From contig OX337242.1 of NCBI GenBank assembly GCA_946965045.2, positions 744,001-808,000 on the forward strand: DNA of 64,000 bases, given 5' to 3'. The notes below the pieces were generated by a model, which had not been told where the DNA came from, did not search any database, and saw nothing but the letters and a program-made list of their open reading frames with translations. Origin of the DNA: Epithemia pelagica (Eukaryota; Protista; Bacillariophyta). Positions within the stretch are counted from its first letter, which is position 1, and every line of letters begins with the position of its first letter. This document shows positions 22,165 through 33,314 of the stretch, piece by piece. A program made the translations under genes and the position numbers.

Positions 22165-22498
22165 GACGATCCAAGTTGTTGGAGGCTACTACTCCAGCGG
22201 AAGATGGCAAAAATAGTGCAATCGCGAACACTTTCTAGGGTATTATGGACAACTATCATCTGAATGAAGCTGTGCAATATGTTCGCGATTGGAGAACTAC
22301 ATCCCGCGGTATCATCATCGTTGATGCGCAAATCACGAGTTCTGCACTTCAAAAAATGGAACGAGATACGATACACACATGGGCACGTGTGGAGGGTCGG
22401 CCGGCGAAGACCTACAACCTAGAGACCAAGACCAAGTGAATACTGTAGGCATAATATTACAATACAAAATCGGCTCCTTGTCGAACGTGAGCAAGAGT

Positions 22499-22913
22499 TG
22501 CTTGAGAACTCAAGCGCTCAAGCACCCAGACTACGGGAAAGTCCCAAAACGTAGCAAAAACCCTCATTCATCTGCCTTCACACCTTTCCAAAATGGCCGA
22601 GAACTCCAGTGATGATGAGAATGAGTCATCATACCATCCAAATGATGATCATGATGAACAAGTGTCCCAAGAGGACCTAATAGCAGATGACAGTGATGAT
22701 GGTCAGAAAGGTAAAATGTCATCCGTGGCAAAAGAATTTGTAAGGCCTCCTATTATTGTCATTCACAAAGGCAAAGAAATAGATGTTACAAAGAAGCATC
22801 AAGATGCTCGTGGAGTCTATTGCCATAGTTTCCCGTGTTAGCCCTTTTCGCTGCCGCTTGAGCGCTTGAATTTGGTCTCGGCTCAAGCGCTCAAGCGCTT
22901 GAGTTCTCCAGCA
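22499..22913. mobile_element. Possible MITE or TE relic with 20-bp inverted termini
   Basis: TGCTTGAGAACTCAAGCGCT (22499-22518) versus the reverse complement of 22894-22913, with 1 mismatch. Extra CTCAAGCGCT/AGCGCTTGA copies lie near both ends. No TSD seen. Confidence 0.4.
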
Positions 22914-23084
22914 GAAAAAAGCTGTTGCTGGACACAGCTCTACGTACCAAGTAGTAAACATGCGACATCCGACAAGCTCGCCGATGAGAGGATGAAGAAA
23001 AGAACAAAAAAGGTCGAGAAACAAAATTCAAAATCAGAACACACTTCGAAACAAAAAAAGCCAAAAGGCCTAAAGGCTAAAGGC

Positions 23085-23264
23085 ACCAGTCCGTTTCGAA
23101 CATCCAAACAATGGTTTCCAATCATCATTCGATTATTCGCTTTGTCATGGCCTTGACAATGATTGGCGTAGAGAACCAGTCCGTTTCGAACATCCAAACA
23201 ATGGTTTCCAATCATCATTCGATTATTCGCTTTGTCACGGCCTTGACAATGATTGGCGTAGAGA
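23085..23264 (+). repeat. 90-bp (30-codon) tandem duplication over the start of the chimeric ORF
   Basis: 23085-23174 and 23175-23264, with one mismatch seen (ATGG/ACGG). Confidence 0.9.
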
Positions 23265-24373
23265 ATCGTTGTGCCTATGTGCAGGCTTTCTCCTGTCCTC
23301 TCACTAGAAGAAAGACTTTCGGGTTTCCATCGAACAGCCAAGTCCATTTGGTAAATATGGCCATGTCATCGAAATCACTCTCTCCTGAGTCAATCACTAC
23401 AAGGGAAAACCCTTCAGTTGGATCGCAAGTTTCTACGGGATCAACCTGCCCTTTCACCCAAGTGGAAGCCAAGTGGCAAGAATACTGGAGGGGGATGAAA
23501 GGACATAATATCTTGCATCCCATTGTTATTGCTTGGGATGCATTTCGTTTAGCAGTGGAACAACTTGCTGTTCAAACGAGTGCTCGATCGTTCCAAAATC
23601 CTGCCCAAAACAAGTTCAAGGACAAGTCAATGACGCCACCCATGGCCACTGTCTCCATGTGGGAGACCATTCAATCCATCGCGGGTTCCGACGCACCGTT
23701 TTTCCTACTTCGAACAGCACGACAACTAGGTCCGTCCACAAAGATATTTCGTATTCCCATTCCTATCCAGGGTGGTGTCTATGTTATTTCGACCGACAGA
23801 CAGTGTGCTAAAGAAATCATGCATTTCATTGCTGGAGGATATGAAACCACAGGATATACCTTAGCAACGACCTTGGTGTTATTGGCCAAACACCCCGAGG
23901 TAGCCGACAAGGTTTACCAAGAGCAGGCAAAAGTAGGCCGCACTCAAATATCGGAGTATCTCGCATGTGTCATCAAGGAAAGTCGTCGCTTCCTTCCCCC
24001 TGCCGCTTTATTTTCCAGCCGACAATACAGAGAAAGCGTCCAGTTGGGATCCTATAAAGTGCCTGCTGGTGCCATTTTGCTTCTTCCGCAAATGCTACCA
24101 CATCGGGACGAACGGGTCTTTGGACCTGACCCGGATGCCTTTCGACCGGAAAGATGGCTGGGTGAACCTTCGAAAGAAATGGACGACTCCCTCTTGACCT
24201 TTGCTGCTGGTACACGCAATTGCGTGGGACAGGCTTTGGCCATGGCGGAACTTGAGTCCGTTTTGCCTCGGCTTCTTTCAACCTACAGGTTTACGATTGA
24301 GGAAGAAGGGAATCTCGACTTCTTTGTGTCACTCAAGTTCAGCGGGACGCGGCTGCGTGCTGAACGATTGTAA
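23111..24373 (+). pseudogene. Chimeric LeuRS(5')::P450(3') open reading frame, 420 aa; pseudogene or young chimeric gene
   Basis: N-half matches LeuRS at 30519 (CAYVQAFSCPLTRRKTF, PFTQVEAKWQEYW, MKGHNILHPI, AWDAFRLAVEQLAVQTSA). C-half matches the P450 at 8438 (PPMATVSMWETI...APFFLLR, then FIAGGYET through FAAGTRNCVG...AERL). Confidence 0.85.
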
Positions 24374-24611
24374 TGATGATTAACTCTCAAATATATGGGT
24401 GTGCGCTGCCTAGTAACAACTGCTTGAATGTCTAAAACCACTAAGAGAATCGTTCGAATGTCACTACGTTGACTTATTCTACGGTGCAATTCAAACTAAC
24501 ACTTGATGCTTTCCGTTCGGAAGCTTGGCTCCATTAGAAAAGAAACTATAATAAACGGAATAACAATTGGTCATCCAGATTAGTCATCATATAGATCCAA
24601 CAACTTGATAT

Positions 24612-27600
24612 TTAGTTCTCCTTTGAGGTGTCCATAGGAGAAAAAGCTTTCTCCAACACATTGGCGAACGGAGGGAGCACTAACTTCTTTTTCGCTGCGG
24701 CACTGGCCGATCGCGTAATACGTTTTGTCGGTTGGTTGGCGTTGCCAGCGTGCTCTTGCTTATTAACCGAGTGTGAAGGCTTCGGAGACAAAGGCGTGCG
24801 AGAATGTGAGCCTTGTCTCGACAGCTTCGGTTTTGTTTCTGTTTCTCCCGATGTATTAGAGATGGAATTTCCCGAAGAACTAGGTGATCGCGAAGCACGT
24901 GATTCCCTCACGGATCCGGGTAGATCAATCGGGAACACTGGTTTCGGTGAAACACCTCTCCGTGATCTGGATGCACGTGTCGCACGAGTCGATGTTGTTC
25001 GCTTGTTGCTCTTGGGAACTGGGGAGCGTGGTGGTAATGATGGAACTTCATCAACTGGCGATTTTCTGTCCAATGAAGATGAAGCAATCTTCTTTCTAGG
25101 TCTTGAGCTGTTATCGGGTGCTGGAGAGGCCCTTTTCGTTCTCGTGTGACGATTCATTGACGAAAGAGGGGAAATTTTTGCACGTATTCTTTTCTGTTCG
25201 CTAAGGACGTCATCAGCTTTTGCTGAGACCATGCGAGAGGAAGTACGTGCGGCTTCCTCTGTGGGCGAAACCTTTGAGCGTTTGCGTGCGGTCAGGTCTT
25301 CGTTGCTAGGTGAAACCTTCGAGCGTTTTGGTCGGATATTGCTGAACGGATCCGATTCTTCGCTACCAGTGCTACTGCTGGAATCGTATCGCCGCTTTTT
25401 CCTATCCGTTTTCACCGTTCGCAGGTGCATAAACTCCTTTCTTTGTTCAATCCATGAACTCATTTGATCCGAGTTTTCGAGGAGCAACCGAACGTCATCG
25501 CTTAGTAGACTAGCATCGAAAATAGCACCTTCTTGATCATACCAAGATTTCAACAAACCAGCCAGTTGTTCCATTTTGAAAGAAAACTTTGCTTTCATAT
25601 GCTTACGATACCTCTCTTCTTTCAACAGATGAGAACTTCCCGTTTGTCGACTTAGCAACCTGTTTTTGTTGCATTTCCTGTTTTCGAAATCGGCCAACTG
25701 AGCGTTGAGGACGCGGACTTCAGAATCTAGTGACAATATGTTGCTCTTAGTTCCCTGTTTGGTCCGTAGTTTCTCGACTTCTTTGTGAACAGCATCTAGC
25801 TTCAATAGTTTTGATTCCAAAAGCGAAGACTTTGTTTTGGCATCTTTCGCAGATTTCAAAACCCACGTCTCACCGTGCAAAGATGCATTATCGACAATCT
25901 TGTCAAAGTCTTCAGTACTCTTTGCATTCGCCTCCCTTTGCAAGTTTTCCATCCGCTCCCAGAAAATGCCTCTGTCGGAGCTCGAAATGCCCAGGGCCTC
26001 CCAGACAACTGCTAATGCCTCGACTTCACTAATAGCCATGGCTTCAACACAACCGGACAATGCTTCCACCTCAGAAATGAACGTGCTGATCCTCTCCCTG
26101 GATATTTCAGGAAGCCGGAACAATGCCTCGTGAAAAGAGGAGTAGGCTTCTACGGTTTCAGACTCACCATCAACGGCTTCAAGTAACTTTTTCTGAGCAT
26201 GCTCTACAAGACGTGTCAATGCGACCGAAAGATCGCGGCGACATGACAGAGTTTGCTGCAACGCTGTGTGAATAAATGATATGTGTTGCGTGTATGCTTC
26301 AGTTGCTTGCACCGCCGAGCTGTCAGATGATAATGAATTTGTGATGTCCGTAGCAAGTTCTTCGTTCCACCAGGATGGAGAGGAGTTCATCTTGCGTTTC
26401 ACAAGGCTCGAGACTTGGTTTGCCTTGAGTCCAGCGCTCTTTACCATGCCCTTCGTAGCTTCGTACCGTTGGCTATTGGTCACAAGGATCTCACTTTTCC
26501 TCAACCTCAATGCCGACAGATGTTCTTCGCACTTATCCAAATGCGACTGGCTGACAGTTACAATATCGCTTTGTGAGGATCTGATCAGCTCTTCAAAACA
26601 CTGGTCTACGTCCTGCAAGCCTAATCCAAGATCTTCCATGACTTTTTCCAACGCCCGCTTTATCGAAGCTCTTTGATCCAACGCGTCATTGTATTGTGTT
26701 CTGAGATCAGTTTCCACTGCTTTCATTTTGGAGAGTTGATCAACTAAGCCTCCCTCTGAGGAAACCTCAACACTCGCCAATCCCAACTGCATCGTGAGTA
26801 ATTCCACCGATTCTATGCTCGCCTTGAGCTCCTCGGAGATTTTCGCGCTCTCTGTTTTAGCCTCTTGGAGATTCCTTTGAATAGTGTCTCGGACGCTGTT
26901 TCTGATCGAGTCGATTAAGTTTTCATTCGATTCATCCCGGCCCAATCCTCGGAGAAGCGTCTGAAGCTCATCCAGAATCGGCTCTGCTACGCTGATTTGC
27001 TCCTGGATGGAGGCTGTCGCCTCGAACAACGACAGCTTCTCTTTTGCTTCAACGCTTTCAGTCATATAGTGATTTTTCTGTTGAGATAACTCATCTATGG
27101 ATGCTTGAAGTCGCGTTAATTCCACAGAGTTTGGGGATTCCTGGTCCTGAGGAGATGGTACTTTTACGATTTGGTTGCTCAACACGTCAATTTCTTTCTC
27201 GAGACTCTCGACAGTCTTAACCTTTTGTTTGAGTGAATCTGCATGTTCGCGGCTTTGAAGCTAAGGGGATCACGAACACGTTAGCTCCGGTTATGCGAGC
27301 ATAAAATGTCATTCGGAACTACTTTTCAACTTACCTCGGACGACGCATATAATTCAAGCACCTCGTGCATGACGCTTCGTAGTACAGGTGCATCTTTGCT
27401 TTCGATCCATCCTCTCATTTTAGTTTCTTGTTCGTCTCCGTCGTCTACCATCTGGCGTTCCAATTCTTTCAAACTGTTTCCAAGAATTTCAGCTTTTAGC
27501 TCCATGTCCAAAATGTTTTGCTGTAGGTCTTCTTCGACTGGACCGTTGTCTTTCGTCGACTGACGGAGCTTCTCGACCGCTTCAGCCATCGATCGCATTG

Positions 27601-30060
27601 TCGATGAATACTCAGCAATTTGTTTTTGGTACAAATTCTGGAGACATGCTTTTTCAACTCTATCATTTATTGAGTTTCGCAGAAATCCAATGGCGTCTTC
27701 TACTTCCTCAGTTGATCGAGCGTAAAAGGATTCTTCTGTGAGCTGAGGAACTGGCATCGTCATGGTTAGTCGTCGACGACCGCCAGTTCGTTGCAAATCA
27801 CGTTTTCTCACTGACAAAAGCTTTGACAAGTGGCTCTTTGTCTCTTCTAGTTTTCCGGTCAGCTTCTCGATATAGATCTGTCTTTTCTCCAAATTTTTCT
27901 TCTGCATCTCTACTTCATTTTCAAGCTTTGACATTTTGTGCGTCGTCTTGCGCTCCTTCTTTTTTAGAGCAGTAATTTCACGTTGCTTCGCCTCAGTATA
28001 CTCCCGGTGTCGCTGTCCAGCTTCTTTTTGCTTTTTTATCATCGCCGCACGGTCGGCTTTGAGGTCGGCGATTTTTCGCTCGAGATCATGGCATTTCTCG
28101 ACTTCCTTATCGAGCAAACGGCATTTCCTTCGATGGTCTTGAACCTCGATGCGTAGTCTCGACAATGATCTATCGACATTCTCCATGTTCCGCCGAATAG
28201 TTTTCGAACATCCCTGTGATGGGTCTTTCGTGACTTTTCCCAGCTTGACAGACAACTCCGACTTTTCTGTCTCTAACTGGCGTACTTGAGCCATCGACAT
28301 CTCGTATTTGTCTTTCAATTCTTGGTAAACCTTCATACTATCTCGGAGCTTCATCAAAAGTGCCTGCTCCTTCTCAAGTATACCATCGACCTCTTTGATC
28401 TTTTCGTGGTCTTCTTTTTGTGTCTCTGTGAAATCTTGGTCGCGTTGTTGCAATTCGAGTAGATGATTCAGGATTTGCATATCGTCATCAGGATTCACAT
28501 CTTCAAAAGAGCTTCCATAGTTTCCTGATGACTTTTTATGTCCATCATTACTATTGATTTCGAATTGTATGTCCGACTGGCCGGTTGGCGGTGTCAGTGC
28601 AAGGGCACTATCGTTCGGTTCAGGCAGAAAGGGTACAACGGCCGACAACGTTTTTGTTGATTGCGCTACGTGGTTCAACTTTGATAGATATTCTCTGACA
28701 TCCTCTCGCTGAAGGAGGTCATCTTCCATGGGCTTATTGGCTCCTCCCGTTGACTCTGGTATAAACTTCAGTCGAAGAAGCTCCGACTGAAGAACGCTAC
28801 TCCAAGAACGAAGTTTCTGTAACTCCAATATCGTCGAATCAACATTTTGTACGGGGGCATTTTTGATATTCCGTGCTCGGTTTGCATATCGGAGGGTACT
28901 CAATGTTTCACTTGCATTGGTTGTCGACGGGGAGACACATGCTAGGAACAGAGTCTGGGAATTGCCACCTAAAGCATCTTGCAGCAATCTTGTGAGTTTC
29001 GATTGACGATAAGGTACGTGTGGTTTTTTCCCCTCTCGTTCTTCATCAGCGAGAGCGTTGATGACGTTTCCAAGCGCTAAGAGGCCTTCATTGATTTTGA
29101 TCCCCTCCCGAGCGCGCTCTCCTTCTGCCCCAGTCTTTTTCATACGCTCACTTCCAGCAAGGTCGACAAAGGTGAAACGGCTGGTAGCACACACTTCTAC
29201 TCCATCACCACCGATTGTTGTTTGATTCAACGTCACAGCAAAGACTGCGTGTGATCTACTACTTGTAAGGTTCATGAGAGTAGCAGCTGTGGTGCGGTTA
29301 AGGGTTCCTTCATGCAGGACTTGAAGGGCAGCCTGAGCTGTCCTCACGGGTTTCTGCGACAGACCACTACAGACAACTCCTCCGTTGGCATCTTCCCGAA
29401 TAGGAACAGATGGTCGTGAAGGATCGAGTAAATCATGAACGTCTTCGCCATAGACTTCGAGAAACGAAGCTTCAATGCTGTAGTCAATCAGAGCGTTCGT
29501 TGTAGCTGCAGCTGAAGAAGGAATGTCCCCACCATCTTGAGAAGATGATGCTTCGGCCGCTTGCTTACAGCTTCCTGCCTCTTGCCGGCGTCGTAATGAA
29601 TCGAACAAATCATTCATAAAGCGAGGAATCAAACCTGTATTCTCTGACACGCGAATATCGGCATGGGCTTCGCTCCCCATGGTGAATGTCTTGCCAGAAC
29701 CTGTTTGACCATACGCCATAATCTTAAAATTCGAAGAACCAGCTGTGAGGGTACACCGAAACTCATGAAAAGACTTTCCAACATAGAACGTACCGTAGCA
29801 TTGTAGCCGTCGATGAAGCTCTCGAGTAAAGGAGGAGCAACGGACCGATAAAGTTCGTCTTGCTGAGTCCTTTCGTCAAACACGGTATCGTACGTGAACC
29901 GTCGTTCTGTTCCCAACCGAATCTCTCGATTACCGTGACACGATAAGGCAGGTTTGCTTATTCCGCCGTCTTGAACAATTTCCTTGGATGTCAAGGGACG
30001 GACACGAACTCCAACCCGTACGACGGAGCGATTTCGTGGAGACGGTGGTCGGTGTGACAT
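24612..30060 (-). CDS. Kinesin-4 motor fused to a PRC1/MAP65/Ase1-like microtubule-crosslinking domain (3 exons, about 1767 aa)
   Basis: Exons 30060-29794, 29722-27335 and 27260-24612. Introns are 71 nt (ACG|GTACG...TTAAG|ATT) and 74 nt (GAG|GTAAG...GCTAAC...CTTAG|CTT), both phase 0 and in frame. Motor motifs: VRVRP, AYGQTGSGKT, SSRSH, DLAGSER, HVPYRQSKLTRLLQDALGGN. MAP65-like motif: NKNRLLSRQTGSSHLLKEERYRK...LLKSWYDQEGAIF. Confidence 0.8.
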
Positions 30061-30518
30061 GACAAAAGGGGAATAGAATCTCCTCCTTCTGAGATGAAAA
30101 TCTGGTTTCTATGACGAAATGTGCACAGATAATTGCAGTCAATCAGACTTTGGCTTCGATGGTGAAATCGTTTGTCGAGACCTGCTTTGTTCAGGCGTAT
30201 TTTGTAACGCACTCTATGCTCAACTTGTGTTTTGTGTGGGCTTCTCTGGCCTCTGCATCTTTATCTTTCTCTTCCCCAGAAATGTGTCCATATATGGGTC
30301 GGCGGGCGTTTGAGCGCGCATCGATGTCTGCAATAGGTTATGGGACTCTGACGTTTTCCTCAAACGTGGGCTCCAGGTGGAATCAAACCACCAAGTTTGC
30401 TTCCAATTTCCAACACATCATCATTCATCCCTCAATCAGATTCTCGAGACGACGACGAAAGATCCAGATGATCGGACTGCCGCAATAGGCGAGGTTAAAG
30501 GACTACAGATAAATTGAC

Positions 30519-33314
30519 ATGGTGTCTATTCATCATTCTGCCGTTCGCTTGTCTGTTTCGTTATCGTTCCTATCAAGGTTCCTACCTAGGTTCTTTATCA
30601 TGACCTCGACGATGATTGGCTTGGCGAATCACTGTGCGTATGTGCGGGCCTTCTCATCTCCTCTCACGAGAAGGAAGACCTTCGCGTTTCCACTGAGCAA
30701 CCACGTCCATTGGTCAAAGATGGCCTTGTCATCGAAAACGGACGCCACTGAATCAGCTACTGCGACGGAAAGCCCTGCGGCCACATCGGAAGTTTTTCCC
30801 GGAACGTATCCATTCACCCAGGTGGAAGCCAAATGGCAAAAATACTGGAAGGACAACGCCACATTTCGAACTCCCGATCGAAGTTCGTATAATGAAGAAA
30901 ACAGCAAGCCCAAAAAGTATGTACTAGACATGTTTCCGTATCCATCTGGTGCTGGCTTGCATGTCGGTCACCCCGAAGGTTACACTGCCAGTGATGTAAT
31001 GGCTCGATATTGGCGAATGAAAGGATTTGATGTCTTGCACCCAATTGGTTGGGATTCTTTTGGTTTACCAGCGGAACAATTTGCGATTCAAACTGGTGCT
31101 CAACCAGCCGAAACTACTGCGCAAAACATTGCAAATTTCAAACGACAATTGCAAATGTTGGGATTCTCCTATGATTGGGATCGCGAAATTGCCACTACAG
31201 ACATTGAATACGTCAAGTGGACGCAGTGGATCTTCCTCCAACTCTTCAAGAAAGGATTAGCTTCACAGTCCAAGGTATCGGTCAACTGGTGTCCGGCGTT
31301 AGGAACTGTTTTGGCCAATGAAGAAGTCATTGATGGTCTCTCGGAACGCGGAAGTCACCCCGTGGAACGGGTACCCCTACGACAATGGGTATTGAAGATT
31401 ACCCAGTATGCTGACAGCTTGTTGAGTGGATTAGAGGGGTTGGATTGGCCCGCGGGAACGCTAACAGCTCAAAAGCAATGGATCGGCAGATCGGTGGGAA
31501 GCCGGATTGAATTTGACATTGAGAACAATGGCGAAGACAAAATCACTGTATTTACAACACGACCTGACACCTTGCTTGGTGTCACGTACGTGACTCTAGC
31601 ACCAGAACATCCATTGGTCAAGCAGGTGACGACCAATGAACAACGAGAAGAAGTGGACGCATATGTCGAGTTGACGCAACGTCGATCAGACTTGGATCGT
31701 ACGTCAGCCAAAGAAAAGACAGGTGTATTCACAGGGGGATATGCGATTCATCCCCTTGACTCAAGTATTCGCGTACCGATTTGGGTGGCCGATTACGTCT
31801 TGGGATCGTACGGCACCGGTGCTGTCATGGCGGTCCCAGCGCATGATACACGCGATTTTGAATTTGCCCAAACTTTTGGGCTGCCGATCAAATGGGTTGT
31901 GGGCCCACCAGACTCTTCCGAGACAACATCAGACGACACAGAAGAAACAGCCTTTACAGATCCTGGTGTTCTCATCAATTCTGGTGAATTTGATGGCCTT
32001 TCCACTGAGGATGCCAAAACCGCCATTACGGAAAAACTAGAGGAACTGAAGAAAGGAGGTGCTGAGATCACTTACAAACTTCGTGATTGGGTGTTTTCGC
32101 GCCAACGCTATTGGGGTGAACCCATTCCAATTTACTTCCCTGTTGACTTTCCCGAGGGTGTTGATCCATCCACACAAGACCCACGTGAAGATGGTTGTGA
32201 ACATAGCATTCGATATGACGACCCCATCCCCGTCAAAGAAGAAGATTTGCCTTTGGCGTTGCCAGTAATGGAAGATTTTCAACCTGGGGATGATCCAGCA
32301 GGATGTTTGGCTCGAGCTAAGGAGTGGAGGTACTTTTTCGAGGACAACCAGTGGTTTGCACGCGAAACGAATACCATGCCGCAATGGGCGGGAAGCTGCT
32401 GGTATTACTTTCGATTCGCCGATTCAAAAAATGACAAAGAAGCATTTAGCAAAGAAGCAGATTCTAGTTGGATGCCCGTAGACTTGTATGTGGGAGGATC
32501 GGAACATGCCGTGTTGCATTTGCTTTATGCCCGATTTTGGCATCAAGTGTTGTATGATTTGGGATACACAACCCACCCTGAACCTTTCCAGAAACTGGTC
32601 CACCAAGGAATGATTCTGGGAAGCGATGGCGAGAAGATGTCTAAAAGTCGAGGGAACGTAGTCAATCCTGATGATATTGTACAAGAGCAAGGTGCGGATG
32701 CACTGCGAATGTATGAAATGTTCATGGGTCCATTGGAAGCAGTTAAGCCTTGGCAAACCAGTCAAGTGGCTGGAGTGGTTCGATTCATGCAAAGAGTGTA
32801 CACTGTCGTTTCCGCTGCTGTGGTCAACCAGAAGAAGGACATGGATGATGAAACTCTTCGGTTAATGCACAAAACAATGAAGAAAGTGACAGAGGACATT
32901 GAAAGCATGTCGTTCAACACGGCTATTTCCGCACTTATGGTATTCACCAATCACTTGCAGTCCCTGAAAGAAGAGGTTCCAATGGAAGCTGTCAAAAACC
33001 TTGCTTTGATGGTATCGCCGTTTGGACCTCATTTAGGCGAAGAATGTTGGAGTTTATTGGGAAACGAGATGTCTCTGGCGTATGAGCCATGGGTAGAATA
33101 CGATGAAGCTCTTTGTGTAGACGAAAGCATTACGATGGGTGTTCAAGTTAACGGAAAGGCTCGGGGAGAAATCACAATCCCCGCAGACGCAGATCAAGAA
33201 ACTGCGATTGCAGCGGCGCAAGAGGTGGAGAAGATCGCCAAGCTTATTGATGGAAAGGACATAAAAAAGATCATCTATGTTCCAGGACGGATTTTAAATA
33301 TCATAGCCAAGTAG
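30519..33314 (+). CDS. leuS: Leucyl-tRNA synthetase, organellar (bacterial type)
   Basis: MFPYPSGAGLHVGH (HIGH), CP1 editing region TTRPDTLLG...GTGAVMAVPAHD, DWVFSRQRYWG and KMSKS. N-terminal presequence with VRA-F, an ASAFAP-like cleavage site. Confidence 0.97.
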   Translation: MVSIHHSAVRLSVSLSFLSRFLPRFFIMTSTMIGLANHCAYVRAFSSPLTRRKTFAFPLSNHVHWSKMALSSKTDATESATATESPAATSEVFPGTYPFTQVEAKWQKYWKDNATFRTPDRSSYNEENSKPKKYVLDMFPYPSGAGLHVGHPEGYTASDVMARYWRMKGFDVLHPIGWDSFGLPAEQFAIQTGAQPAETTAQNIANFKRQLQMLGFSYDWDREIATTDIEYVKWTQWIFLQLFKKGLASQSKVSVNWCPALGTVLANEEVIDGLSERGSHPVERVPLRQWVLKITQYADSLLSGLEGLDWPAGTLTAQKQWIGRSVGSRIEFDIENNGEDKITVFTTRPDTLLGVTYVTLAPEHPLVKQVTTNEQREEVDAYVELTQRRSDLDRTSAKEKTGVFTGGYAIHPLDSSIRVPIWVADYVLGSYGTGAVMAVPAHDTRDFEFAQTFGLPIKWVVGPPDSSETTSDDTEETAFTDPGVLINSGEFDGLSTEDAKTAITEKLEELKKGGAEITYKLRDWVFSRQRYWGEPIPIYFPVDFPEGVDPSTQDPREDGCEHSIRYDDPIPVKEEDLPLALPVMEDFQPGDDPAGCLARAKEWRYFFEDNQWFARETNTMPQWAGSCWYYFRFADSKNDKEAFSKEADSSWMPVDLYVGGSEHAVLHLLYARFWHQVLYDLGYTTHPEPFQKLVHQGMILGSDGEKMSKSRGNVVNPDDIVQEQGADALRMYEMFMGPLEAVKPWQTSQVAGVVRFMQRVYTVVSAAVVNQKKDMDDETLRLMHKTMKKVTEDIESMSFNTAISALMVFTNHLQSLKEEVPMEAVKNLALMVSPFGPHLGEECWSLLGNEMSLAYEPWVEYDEALCVDESITMGVQVNGKARGEITIPADADQETAIAAAQEVEKIAKLIDGKDIKKIIYVPGRILNIIAK

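Larger units (their letters stand above)
16337..22489 (-). mobile_element. CAC-ended DNA transposon of the CMC(Chapaev/CACTA)/Transib-RAG1 group, 6,153 bp
   Basis: Perfect 14-bp TIR CACGTTCGACAAGG (16337-16350; reverse complement at 22476-22489), a second shared box CCGATTTTGTA, 3-bp TSD AGC on both sides (16334-16336, 22490-22492) and an internal 1144-aa transposase. Confidence 0.9.
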
